Assembly: GCF_011386835.1 (NCBI RefSeq)
Contig: NC_088801.1
Coordinates: 11,656,001 to 11,720,000, forward strand
Source: Chrysemys picta bellii
Taxonomy: Eukaryota
Length of the DNA: 64,000 bases
Reading direction: 5' to 3'
Each line of letters starts with the position of its first letter. Position 1 is the stretch's first letter. Below are positions 37,967 through 50,309 of the stretch, one piece after another. The notes beneath the pieces are model-generated. The model ran no database searches and was not told the DNA's origin. It saw only the letters and a program-made list of their open reading frames with translations. A program made the translations under genes and the position numbers.

Positions 37967-38754
37967 CTAGGTAATCTGGGCAGACAGAAGGCAGTATCTG
38001 TTCATTTTCACTTCCTATCAGTTCTGACCACTGCTTTATTTCAGCTTTCATGCCACCTGTCCATACTGATGGCAGGTCTCTTTCTTTTATCCAAGCTTCA
38101 TGTTAATTTGACCAGTTTTGCTATCTTTGGCAGTAAACAGAAGTAACACCAGAAGATTCGTCTCACACAGGACATTATTTAATGCATTATGACACTCCAC
38201 AAAATGCAAAGCAACAGTTCAGCAATCTAAAGCAGCTTGTTCAAACCAGCTGCTTTTACACTGTCCATGCCCTCCAAATCTAGGTTCTGCCCTTCAAACA
38301 GCAGGCAAACTGGCTGAAATCCATGCACACCAGTTTCCTCAGACGAGGGCAAGTCTCAAAGAGCAAACCAGGGATGTCCATCCTACTAGTTCTCTCCCTG
38401 CTTGCCTACGTCCCATTCTGAAATTAATGCTGGAGAGGGGATTTAGTATTTGGAAGAAACATAGCATTCCTCATTACAAACTGGCACAGAGAACTCATGA
38501 AGTTCACTCCAGATAAAAGACTGAACTGACGGGGACTGATATCCTAAATCAGACACACTAATAATTCTAATAAGCCAGAACTCAAAACCGCTAGTTCTCT
38601 TGGCCTTTATCATTAGTTTGCTTGAAAACCTACCATGCTGTTATAAAAATGCATCAAACCTTCATATGCCATGGCACTGACTGTAACAAAGACACCTGAT
38701 AGACATATTATTCACTGATACAGTACCTCATTTAGTCTGTTATGTACTTATAAT

Positions 38755-38986
38755 TAAGGCTACGATTTAGTCACAGAGGTCACGGATTCCATGACTTTAC
38801 CGGACCTCCATGACTTCTTCAGCTTCAGCTGTCTGCAGCTGAAGCCAGGCTTGGAGCCGTGGCTGGGGCTGGACCCGGGGCTTTAGTAAGAGTCACGGAC
38901 AGGTCTTGGGCTCCATGAATTTGTATTTGTCGCCCGTGACCTGTCCATGACTTTTACTAAAAATAACAGACATAATCTTACCCTTA
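38755..38986. mobile_element. Probable hAT MITE
   Basis: TAAGGCTACGATT...AATCTTACCCTTA ends, 8-bp flanks CTTATAAT / TTTATAAT (7/8). Confidence 0.7.
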
Positions 38987-39102
38987 TTTATAATGCACTT
39001 CTCACTGCAGTATCTATATGTGACAGATATGTCAATTCCTGCAATATCTTTGGGACATTTTATTGTATTAAATGTACATATCATTGTGGGCCAGGGATTG
39101 TA

Positions 39103-39806
39103 TGTAACTCCATGGGGAAGGGTGACCACAGGCCTCCAGGAGCTACGAACAGTAAAGAGCGATTAGGCAAATTCACACCGGTTGTGTGGTACCTCCAGAG
39201 AGGTACCACCACCTGGAAAGGCTTGCATATACTGGTTCAAACTGGATTCTCTAGAGACCCACAAACAAGAAAGGACCTTTGGATAAAAAGCCTGAGTTTA
39301 AATGTCTCCGAGTCTTCTTTTTGATCCAGCAAAGTGATAGAACCTTCTGATCAAAGGGAGGGCAGGGGGCAGTTCATTCCGGGAAACTCTGGAAGGATTT
39401 TGGCCTATGGAGGCTGCATAAGACTTTGGGTGACCTCTGGTAAGCTTTTACCACGTGTATAGGAATATCTATTGTTTTAATAGGTTTTCTCTGTAATACT
39501 TTCACCTCAAGAGTAAGTGTGCTTGCACAGAAAGAGCTGTTTGGTAACAACTGGAGGTAATTATGCTGCTTACAGCCTCTGAGGAGAAAGCAACTGAAGA
39601 TACGGGCCTGTTTAGGCAGGCTGGCTTGCTGAGAATAACACAATATAGGCAGGGCACTGTGTACCTGAAAAAAAACTCACTCAGGAGGGAGAGAAATGCA
39701 GGTCACTGCCAAAGACAGGCGATAGCTGAGAAGCTGGGAGCCTAGAGTGGGTGCCTTTGCTGGACCGTGGAGGGGAATACAGGTGCAGTTGCCCTGGACT
39801 GTCACA
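39103..39806. mobile_element. Probable LTR relic
   Basis: TGTAAC start and GTTGCCCTGGACTGTCACA end, typical of LTR termini. No TSD found. Confidence 0.4.
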
Positions 39807-40099
39807 CTAGCTACCAGCAATAACAGTTAGAAAGGAAATCATTCTTGCCTGAGGATGGAGCAGTTTCAGCACTTCTCACTCACACTATTACTATGAGATA
39901 CTGAGGGGATAAATAATAACCAAGAGTATAGAAGACCTCAGTTGCCATTCAGGGAAGGCCTTTGCAAAGAGGCATGCAGTGTATTTTGTTCTGAGCGACA
40001 TGATACATGGATTCATATGGAACTCAAAAAGTGGAGGGCACTCTGCCGAGCGCCCCCTTTACACCAGCTCCTGAGAGATTCATATCAATTGCACTACTG

Positions 40100-40430
40100 A
40101 TATGGATCATGGTATTCTTGGTGGGTTGTGCAAAAAAAAGGAGGTGACCCCGTAGGCAGCTAGGTCCTAGTCACTGAATACCTCCATGAAGACTACTAGA
40201 TCTGTGATGTAGATCTGGTACTGGACAGGAGATTTAGTACAGGGCACTGAGCAGTAGCATGTTCCTGACAGGAAAAAAGTCACTGAGTGTTGGACCACCT
40301 GAAATGTGTGTGACCTCCCACTATGAGCCCTAGGTAGAAAGCATTGCAAAGCTCTAGTCTAGAGGTAACAAGGTCAACACCCTGGAGAGGATCCAGGGAA
40401 GGAGTCCAATTTTCTTGCTAAGTGGGAGAA
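40100..40430 (-). mobile_element. Old L2/CR1-group LINE fragment
   Basis: The minus strand gives LVTSRLELCNA, resembling the FVTSRLDYCNA motif of L2-clade ORF2. Boundaries approximate. Confidence 0.55.
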
Positions 40431-42114
40431 TGTGGTTCTGGCCACTGCTGCTATTTGCAAGAATGGTTGTACAGATCAGTCAAGTAGGGCTTATACTGTG
40501 GTCCCACTTTGACAAACAAAGAGCAGATGTTCTTGATAGAGGGGGTGGATATGATAAATTGTTATGGCTCCTTCTGAAACTTTAATGCTAAAAGCATAAG
40601 TCAAGAATACTTGATCCAGTTTTTTTAGAAATTTGCTTCTGGATTTGGAATCTGACAAGCCAAGATTAAATCTGAAAAAAGTTAAGAGATGTTTGGTATC
40701 TTAGCTATGACCTTGCAATCAGAGGAATGCTATTTTTTTTTCCAAATAAGAGGCACTATACCCCTTCTAAGAAATGGTCAAGAACCCTTTGTAGCCTAGT
40801 TTAAAGCTATCATTTAATGCAAAAGCTAGGATCAAATGTAGCTCACTTGAAAGCACTAGCTATAGTGCATATGTTTCAAGGAGTGTGTCTTGGTCTTTGT
40901 GTAAACCTAGGTTTCCGTTGAAGTGCCAAATTCTGGTATTTTACATCTGGTGATGTTTAGATTTTATATTCCAAACACATGGAGCCCTCATAAATCAGTT
41001 CTCTGGGCATTACCTGTATTGAAATGCTACTCTGTGAAGACATACATCTTCACAATTGGAGAGTGCAATTATCTAGTTCTCCTCTCAAATGATCTGGAGC
41101 AGTGAGAGAAAAACACCACATCTTCAACCAGGTCTTCTAAAAAACAAAAACAAAAAAACAAAAATACACCTTTGTGGATTAAGTATCTGTGAGGCAACTC
41201 TGAACTCTACAACTCACTTTCATTCCTGGCGTTAGTGTATGGCATGTGATGGCATTGCTTTCAAAAACAACATCAGTCCACAAAACTAACTGTGTCAAAT
41301 TCCTCTCACAAGTTTAACAAACTTCAGACCAGATGTATTTTTCCTGGATTCCACTTGGTGGCAATGAAGAAAAAACCTCTAACAAACTCACCTCCTCGCT
41401 ATCTCCTGATAACTACCAGCAGGGAAGGGAAAATGTCATAAATTCTCTTTCAACTTTTAAGGCTATATGCATTTTGATCACTTCCCTCACCACACCAGCA
41501 GATGGGAAACAACCAGTCTCATGAAAATGCAACTCATAAAATTCAATGCAAGAGTAGCAAGAGCCAGTAGGAATGAGAGTCTGCATTAGACTTGGCACTG
41601 AGCTCCTATTTCCTCATTACTAATGCACACTCTGAAAACCCTTCCGGAAGTGCAAATACTGATATGCCATTTGGCGATTCTCTCTTCCTAACCCTATGTA
41701 GAAACATATAGCCTGACTTCCAGAGGTGAAGAGATATCTGCAGCTCCCACTGGCTTCAAATGAAGTTGTGGATGTTCAGCACTTCTGGCCCCTTGTGATT
41801 GCCATGTCAAGCAGGGGCACTACAGTAGAACAATATACTTTGGTAAAAGGTGGGGTCTGTATAAAAAAAACACATGACAAACCTGAATGCACAAGTCTCA
41901 GATTACTGAACCCTGGGTCTATTTCCCTGCCAGTAAACTCAAACAGAGGATTCATTTTCATGATTCTGGTTAGATGAGGAAAAATAGGAGGCTCGCCCCT
42001 ACGTATTCATGTGTGTCTGGAGTGGGTGATTCTCTCGATTTCCACTCTCCCGGTTGTAGCGTGCATCGAAGATTTCCATAGTCCTTTGGTAAAAAGAGTC
42101 CTAATATTCTAGAG

Positions 42115-42228
42115 CAGTGGTTTTCAACCTGAGGGTCTGCAGACTGTGTCTAAGATTTCTAAAGGGGTCCACACCTCCATTTGAAATTTTTTAGGGATAC
42201 ACAAATGAAAAAAAGTTGAAAATCGCTG
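42115..42228. mobile_element. hAT Charlie-type MITE
   Basis: CAGTGGTTTTCAAC...GTTGAAAATCGCTG, TSD TTCTAGAG on both sides. Confidence 0.88.
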
Positions 42229-42322
42229 TTCTAGAGGGCAGAAATGACAACCACATGGAAAAATGACTTCATCATGCTACTGTGTTTATTCCATCTTTAA
42301 CACCAGTACAGATGATCTAGAA

Positions 42323-42703
42323 CAGTCGTTCTCAACCAAGAGTACGTATACCCAGAAGTCTTCCAGGAGGTACATCAACTCATCTAGATATTTGCCTAGT
42401 TTTACAACAGGCTACATAAAAAGCACTAGCAAAGTCAGTACAGACAATGACTTGTTAATACTGCTCTATATACTATACACAGAAATACAAGTACAATATT
42501 TATATTCCAATTGATTTATTTTTTATTGTATGGTAAAAATGAGAAAGTCAGCAATTTTTCAATAACAGTGTGCTGTGACACTTGTATTTTTAGGTCTGAC
42601 TTTGTAAGCAAGTAGTTTTTAAGTGAGATGAAACTTGGGGGTATGCAAGACAAATCAGACTCCTACAAGGGGTACAGCAGTCTGGAAAGGTTGAGAGCCA
42701 CTG
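42323..42703. mobile_element. hAT Charlie-type MITE
   Basis: CAGTCGTTCTCAACC...GGTTGAGAGCCACTG, TSD ATCTAGAA on both sides. Confidence 0.88.
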
Positions 42704-43435
42704 ATCTAGAATTCTCTCTCTAAAAGGACCCCCCCCCAAAAAAAGAGAGTTTATCTTATAGAAAATTCTTTCCCAGTGATAAGAATTCTTCAGGTCCTGC
42801 TTCGTTACCTCTGCAGTGCTCCATTTGGAGGTGCTATAGAGGCTGGAGTCACACTTTGGATTCAATGATCTGATAAAGAAATGCTGGCATTATGGTACAT
42901 GTGTAATTTACAGAACATATAAGAGATCTACATATAGCAAACTAAACAGGAGACTGGGAACCAGCACCTCCCAAGTTCTCATCAGTTAGGTAAGAATGTA
43001 ACGTACACAATGGCAAAATACTCCATCTTGAAGTGCACAAATTGCTTTGGCCATGGATAAGGGGCACAAGCGAGGGAGTGGGAGACTGGAAGCCCAAAGC
43101 AGCAATAAGATGGAGAGCTCTCCGGAACTACTGAGTCTCTTTGTAGTTCTTGCGGTTTCCTTGCTCCTGGCTGGGCAAGGACTCAGGTGCTTCACAGATC
43201 GTTAGTCTGGCATTTTCTCCAAAGTCCTGACAGGCAATATGTTGGGTCTTAGGTCCTTTGTGTCGGCAGCAGGGGCTAGTGCTTGTAGAAGATAAATAGG
43301 GAGCTGTGGCTGAATCTGCACTGTCCCCACATGAGTTTTCTAACTTCACTGCCACATCTCACTCAGCCTTTTACTCCCTGCCCCAAAGAGCTTACAAATT
43401 TGGATTGTAACAAGATGGAAAAACAGACAAGTGGG

Positions 43436-43559
43436 TAGGGTGACCAGATGTCCCGATTTTATAGGGACAGTCCCGATATTTTAGGCTTTTTCTTATATAG
43501 AAGCCTATTACCCCGCACCCCCCGTCCCGATTTTTCACACTTGCTGTCTGGTCACCCTA
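43436..43559. mobile_element. hAT MITE (124 bp), same TIR family as 46648-47773
   Basis: TIR TAGGGTGACCAGA, perfect 8-bp TSD CAAGTGGG. Confidence 0.92.
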
Positions 43560-44292
43560 CAAGTGGGTGTTGGTGAGAAGTAACCATAAAACAGGGACAT
43601 TTGTAACCACGGCAGTCAAATTAGTCACAACAATAAAGCATTGCTATAGGTTGCAGAGTTTCAAAAATACTATCAGGACAAATGGTAAAAGTGCCAACTC
43701 ATCCAGCATTTATGGTATTTCCAACAGGGAAGCATTTATGATCATCTACTAAAGACATGGTCTGTTAACAGTAAAACAGACAGCAGCTGCAGATCATTTC
43801 GTCTCAATCCTACATTTTTTCCACAATTCTTTAATGGAAATGAAGTAGAGTTTCCCCAGAGGTGCCGAACGTACTGACTTTGGTATTTAGTCACCAGCTA
43901 TTTGGATAAGGCAACACTTTCCCAGGTATCATAATGTCACTGGGTCCACATGCCCTGAATCATTTCCAATGGTCCAAAGTGGAGTTCCAGAGCTAAACTG
44001 ATTGTGGATATTGTTTTGAGGTATCATAGTGCATTAAGGCTCTGATTTAGGAAAAACAGCTCTATTCAGCAAAGCACTTAAGCATGACTTCAATGGGACT
44101 TAAATACAGACCTGTATGTTTTCCTGAATCATGGCCTACATTTTTATTGAAGCTTTTGGATGTCAAAATAGACCATATAATCTTCAGGCAACACTAAAGT
44201 ATCTTCAGTGTTCACTGCTGGTGCAGGAGACGACACTATAAAGGAACACTCCAACAGTGATCACCTTTCTAGTACACTGGACATATGCACAC

Positions 44293-44294
<2 letters not shown>

Positions 44295-44374
<80 letters not shown>
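44295..44374. repeat. (AC)40 microsatellite
   Basis: Uninterrupted AC run. Confidence 0.97.
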
Positions 44375-44378
<4 letters not shown>

Positions 44379-46647
44379 GTATTTCTCTAACACTGTTCAG
44401 TTAATGGATCTTTTACCAGCACGGGTGCTTTGCTACAACTGCGGATGTTGTTTTCACAGACTGAATCAGGTGCTGCAATCCCAAGGTGGTGGGTGGCAAG
44501 AATGCTTTCTGATGGAAAGCATTAATAAATCATTCCACTGGAAGCAACATCTGTCCTTCTACTTTCCTAGCTGACCTCTATCAATAAGTATGTGAGGAGA
44601 GTTTTATATAAGCCACTCAAATAGCTCACTTGGATGATTTTATTTTAATTTTTCTCTTTTAGCATTAAGGGGTCCTGGACTTTATTCGTCTGTAAAATAT
44701 TGTGAACAGGCTGAATCCCTACCCTGTCCTCAGACCGACCTTTGGTCAACCTCCAAACTCCCCCCCTTCCTGAAGTTTGGCTTTGTTGACAACCCAAAAG
44801 CAATTACACACTATAAAGCTCAGCCAAAGCTTTCTCCCAGACTTTTGGCTGTCTCCCTCTGCTGTCTTAACTCCCTCTCCCTAGACAGGGGCGCTCACCT
44901 CCCTTATATGCCCTGTGCAGTTAATGAGCTGCACCTGCCACAATGAGACAGCAGAACCCTGCCGAGAGCTGCTGAAGTTCCAACGCCTGCAGCTAAGGTG
45001 GTTTGACAGAAGAGCTCTGCCACGCACATTGTTAGTACTTGTGACAGGGGGCACTGTCCAAGACAGTCCCTGCTCCAGAATGGTTAGTGTCTTCTGGGGT
45101 ATAAAACACATCTGATCACAGGTGCACTTCACCAAGGCGGGTAAGTGTTACTTCCATGTTATATGTGGGGGAACAGAGACCTTCAGTGACCTCCCAGGTT
45201 CACACAAAAGGTCAGCAACAGAGCTGGGGATAGAACCTAGACTCCCGTTCTCCGCATACTCAGCTCTAATCACTGAACTGTATTTCTTCGTAACCAACAG
45301 ATTTTACATGGCAATGTTCTACGTTATAGCGGAATTGCACAGTGCAGTACATGAGACAGGTGCGCTCCCTCTCCTTGTCTACTGATGGAAACAATTCAGT
45401 CCCACATCTATCTGCATTACATCAAGTTGCTGGTCCTTTCTACACTGATATATAGGCCCTGCACTTTAGTATTCACAGAAGTATCAATGTGCATGGAGCT
45501 GTACAACAGATGAGTACTGCCTAACAAATAACAGGTCCCTGCCCCAGAGCCCTTGCAGTAAAACTAAAGTGGGCTCAGAACAGGCAAACAAAAAACCCAA
45601 CACAGAATGGTCTGAACACATTAGAGCCAGACCAGCGAGATACTACACTGGAGGACATAATTAGTTTTAGTACTTTAACACAGATTCAGGGAACAGGAGG
45701 GTATTTAGAAGAACAGACCTAAAAAGTTTTCAGGGTAAGCATTGCTGCTTCAGAACAAAACCCTGTAGGACTTACTGAAGCCAAACTCCCATTGACGTCA
45801 ATGAAAGATTTTCCAGAGTCTGAAGTCTTTAAAAACCAATGTAGATATATTTTGTCAATGTAAGGCAGCTTACCTCCCATGGACCAACTGGTACTGTTAA
45901 GGTCTTTTAAACACATTGGATTTCATTAGGTGCTGAATAGTTTGAATAGTTTAAACGTCATAGGTAAAACTATGGCTGAGCTGTGTGCGCTGTTATGGCT
46001 CATTTAGGATTATACAATAAAAACATAAATTAGTTGAAAGGGAAACACTAGTGGCTGCTGAATGGATAGATATGCCCACGTAGCCTCTATTAATTGCTTC
46101 ACATACCCTATTTAACTTCTAAAATGATGCCAACTGATACTGCGCCATTTCAAGTATTCATTTCAGAGCAGCAGAAACCTGTGCCCCAGGAAGAGAGTTT
46201 TCTGAAAAGCAAGGACAGACTTTCACTGTGTTGTGAAAGCCATCAGAAAAACAGGAACAGCTCATTCATTTCCAATTCTTCAGGAGGGGCTGATTTGCTG
46301 CATTTTCCATTGCTTTTGTTCATAAATTTTTTGCAGACAGCCCCAGAAGAAAGGCCAAGACATGAGAGTAAGACACTTAATACAAGAAAAATGAAATTTG
46401 GGGAAGTTGCGATTTCTTCCTTATCTACTTTGACTTCAAAAAACAACGAAGCAGATTTTGTCATGGGCCTTCATTAAAAAAAGAACTGAGGAAGCTGAAC
46501 AAAGATTGATTTTGAGTCACTTTCTGCCCCATTTACACTTCTTGCAAGCCCATTGGACTACACATAGTGCAATTAAGAGCAAGATTGGCCTTTTATCTAT
46601 AGCAAAAGGAGAAACAGATGTACTCTATCCTTTGGGGGGGGAGGGGG

Positions 46648-47773
46648 TAGGGTGACCAGACGTCCCGATTTTATCGGGACTGTCCCGATATTTCCTTGTT
46701 TGTCCCGCGTCCCGACCGACGTGCGGTCGGGACACTGGACAAACAAGGAAATGCGCCGGAGCCTGGAGCCCGGAAGTGCTCGCGCCCCCCCTCCCCCGCC
46801 CCTCCTCCCCCGATTGGCTCCCTCCACAAATCCCCGCCTCTTCCCCGGGCTCACCATTCCTCCTCCCTCCACAAGCGCTGGAGGGAGGCCCGGGAGACTC
46901 AGAGGAAGCGCGGGGCCGGGGCGAGTAAGAGTCCGGCCGGGCCCCGAGCATGCAGGACTCAGTCGGGCGGTAGGGAGAGGAAGGGGGCGGCCCGCGGGGC
47001 CAGGCGGCGGCTGTTCTCCCCCCCAGGCAGCGGGACTCGGGAGCAGCCGCTGCTGCAGCTCCCACTGCCGCGGGGGAGGAAGCGGCCATGGCGCTCGGCG
47101 GCTGCGGCTCTGGCACCCCCGAACCTCCCGGGCCTGCTGCGGGGACCCAGCAGCGCGCACGCTGGGCCCAGCCCCTGGCCAGTCGCGTCTGGGCTGCTGC
47201 CCAGCTGGTGCTATCGCGCGGCGGCCCCGGGGTGGAGGCATCGGCAGCCCAGCCCCGTTCGTTCCCCAGCGGGACCAAGCGGGACGGGGGGGCTGGGGCC
47301 TGCTGCCCCCACTCCGGGGCCGCCGCGCGATGGCAGCAGCCCAGACGCGACTGGCCAGGGGCTGGGCCCAGCGTGCGCACTGCTGGGTCCCCGCAGCAGG
47401 CCCGGGGGGTTCGGGGGCGCCAGAGCCGCAGCCGCCGAGCGCCATGGCCGCTTCCTCCCCCGCGGCAGTGGGAGCTGCAGCAGCGGCTGCTCCCGAGTCC
47501 CGCTGCCCTGGGGGGAGAACAGCCGCCGCCTGGCACCGCGGGCCGCCCCCCTCCTCTCCCTACCACCCAACTGAGTCCTGCCTGCAAGGGACCAGGCTGG
47601 ACTCTTACTCACCCCGGCCCCCCGCTTCCCCTGAGTCTCCCGGGCCTCCCTCCAGCGCTTGCGGAGGAAGGGTTTTTTTTTCTTTTTTTTTGGCCCCGCC
47701 CCCCGCGTCACCCTCCCCCCCCCCCCCCCCCGCGCGCGTCCCGATATTTGACTTGGGTGATCTGGTCACCCTA
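46648..47773. mobile_element. Non-autonomous hAT transposon, GC/CpG-rich, with long internal inverted repeat
   Basis: TIRs TAGGGTGACCAGA / TCTGGTCACCCTA, perfect 8-bp TSD GGAGGGGG (46640-46647, 47774-47781), internal arms about 46866-47235 and 47309-47667. Confidence 0.93.
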
Positions 47774-50309
47774 GGAGGGGGAGAGTTTTAGATATTTAAA
47801 CTGAATGATCACCCAAAACAGACCCCAGATCTCAGAAAGCCTCCGAGCCATTGTTTGAGACGGAGAAATAAGCTGATGCTATATAAAAGCCATTCTAAAA
47901 TGACAAGGATTACTTGAAGAAAGCGACGATCACTTCATAATAAGAATGTCTGTTTTCCAACACAAGTGATCTTTTTAAAAAGAGTGCTCTCTCCCTAGCT
48001 CACCACAAAGAAAAAGACAATCAGTAATTGTAATATATGCAGAGCATAACCATTTTTCTATTGTATATTATTTGAGACAGGTTTAAAAGATTATGCAATT
48101 TTTTGTCAATATGAAGATTTCATCCAAATGGAATGTGGGTTAGCTACAAGTCTCAAATTACTAGAGGCCCAATCCTACTTTGCGAGTAGTGCCATTTACG
48201 TCAATGGGAGCGGGTTCAACCTGTTTATGTTTTACAGCTTCTTGATGCTGAAATAAAAAGGCCATTGCCTTGGATTAACAGTTTCATGATGTTCACGGAT
48301 TCTTCTTCTATCCAGCACATGGTGCCAATACAGATGTTATCAACAATGCCACCCATCTGTTTGGAACATACACGGCAATGAAGATATATTTGTGAATTTA
48401 CACATTTCTGTATCTTGTCCCCACTCACAATTTTCATCTGTATGGCCTTGATCTTGAGAGATGCTAAATTCACACAGCTCCAATTTTCTGTAGTGTGCAT
48501 CTACGGTAGAGATCTACATACACCACACATGAATCTCACTGTGCACTGCAAACAAAGAGCCAACAGCTGACGCACCCTAGAAGCAGTTACTAGCATTATG
48601 GATAACATTTCTGGTGGGCTTTCCTCTAGCTGGAAAACAGTCACTAAACACGAGTTAGGCGGTTTTGTCAAAGCAATACCTTTTTATCAGCATCAAGAAC
48701 CTGTAAGATGTCTATGGTAACCTAGGAAGTGAGTTATTGCCTTAATACAGGAACTAACGGATCCCTTTTGGATTACTGATTGTGACATATAGTAGTTAAA
48801 ACAAAAATTGGGAGAATAAATATATACTCTCTGCCTACTAACAGCCTGCACATCTATACACCGGTCTAGCAATGCTGGGATGTCATTTCCAAAGAAAGCA
48901 ATGCACATACATGCTAGTCCCAATTGCACTTAAGTGTGGAAGTTTTGATATCAATTCACAACATGCCCATACACATAATGCAAGATCTCTCTATGAATAA
49001 GTGGAAAATAGAGTTCTCTGCTTTCTTTGGGTACCAGATACTCACTTCTACCTGAAAAGAGATTTGTAGATACTAAACCCATAACTAAGGGCAGCAATCC
49101 AGTCTGCACTGTGAGATGGTAACAAACAGCCTTCATTCTGAATGAACACGGTACGGTCTTACCAAGTTTTCAACCAGACAAAATGTTTTTTTACTATAAT
49201 TTAGCAAGCTGTCAGTGGCCATGGGAAATGCTAAATGTTTTTCCTCGATGATTTAATTGCACAGTTCTATCTTCACTTAAGACTGTCTGTTGGCAAATGG
49301 TGCTAACAGAGGAAGTGTGCTAAGTTAGTAATGAAAGTGCTGTTTCTCATTATCTGTACAGTTCCACTGCTAATGCCACTTGCCAGTGCTGGCAAATTCC
49401 ATATTATGTATAAAATGCAATTATGTATTTTGTAAGTTTGTTGATTTAAAAAAAAGGAAATTAATCATTAAAATGTGAGGATTTGAATGAACTAGACTTA
49501 AGGAATCCCAAATGTTAAGGGCCCCACAACGTTTACTCTGACATATTGCATTCACTGTATACATTATGTGCATTTACAAGAGAGTAAATGGTTCTGAGAG
49601 AGCCTTAACAGCTGAGTTGTATTTTATTCATACAATTCTCAATCTGACTAGTGCATTAATACAGATTTAAGACTCAGCAGCTGGGACTGTATGCAGTACA
49701 AGTTCAAAGCAATACAACAGTGCCAGACAACAACTGTTTAAAAGAAAAAAAAGTCAAAGAATTAATTGAAATACTAAAATATAAACTGATGCGGCTTGAT
49801 TTTCTAGTTAAACAGTTCAGAATAAATATTTATAGACATATAGAGTTCAAGACAAATTTTATGGTCTTGCAACCCCTCTTTAATGCTTTCTTTCAAAATC
49901 AAGATTTCTGTGATCTTGGTAAGAGCAACACGCACACTCGTATGTCAGCTCAGAAATAACTATGTTGGTTTGAGTTGTGGAGAAAAGTGCTCGCTCAGCA
50001 TGTGTTTTCAATAAAGCCCCACTTACACTGAGGTCACTAGCATACCAACTGAGAGATTCGAGCAAAACCAACAAAATGTTTTCCAACAAACCTATAATTA
50101 TGTAATAATCTCCTAACTTGTGTCATGGACGTATCTTTGTGTTCTTTTGTCCATTACCAGGTCCAGCAGGCAAGGGGAACTAGAATAGCTTTTTATAATA
50201 AGATATTAAGGGCCTCATTCACATTGGAGAGTTGATTTCAGGGATATTCACCTCTGCTTGGAAGGGTCACTCCTTTCAAACAACAGAGTAGCAGCAATCT
50301 AATTGAGTG

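Noticed and set aside
44205-44574. ORFs with HTHTHT / CVCVCV runs (also 28163-28482, 16736-16921, 60230-60590)
   Set aside because: Translations of (AC)n microsatellites.
46094-46477. 127-aa plus-strand ORF
   Set aside because: No recognisable domain, no supporting splice structure, antisense within a MYLK intron. Consistent with chance.
46597-47791. Five long overlapping ORFs (166-379 aa) plus a 228-aa ORF on both strands
   Set aside because: They lie inside a TIR/TSD-bounded hAT element. Extreme GC content suppresses stops, the peptides are Pro/Gly/Arg/Ala low-complexity, and the mirrored translations just reflect the inverted repeat. No transposase motifs.
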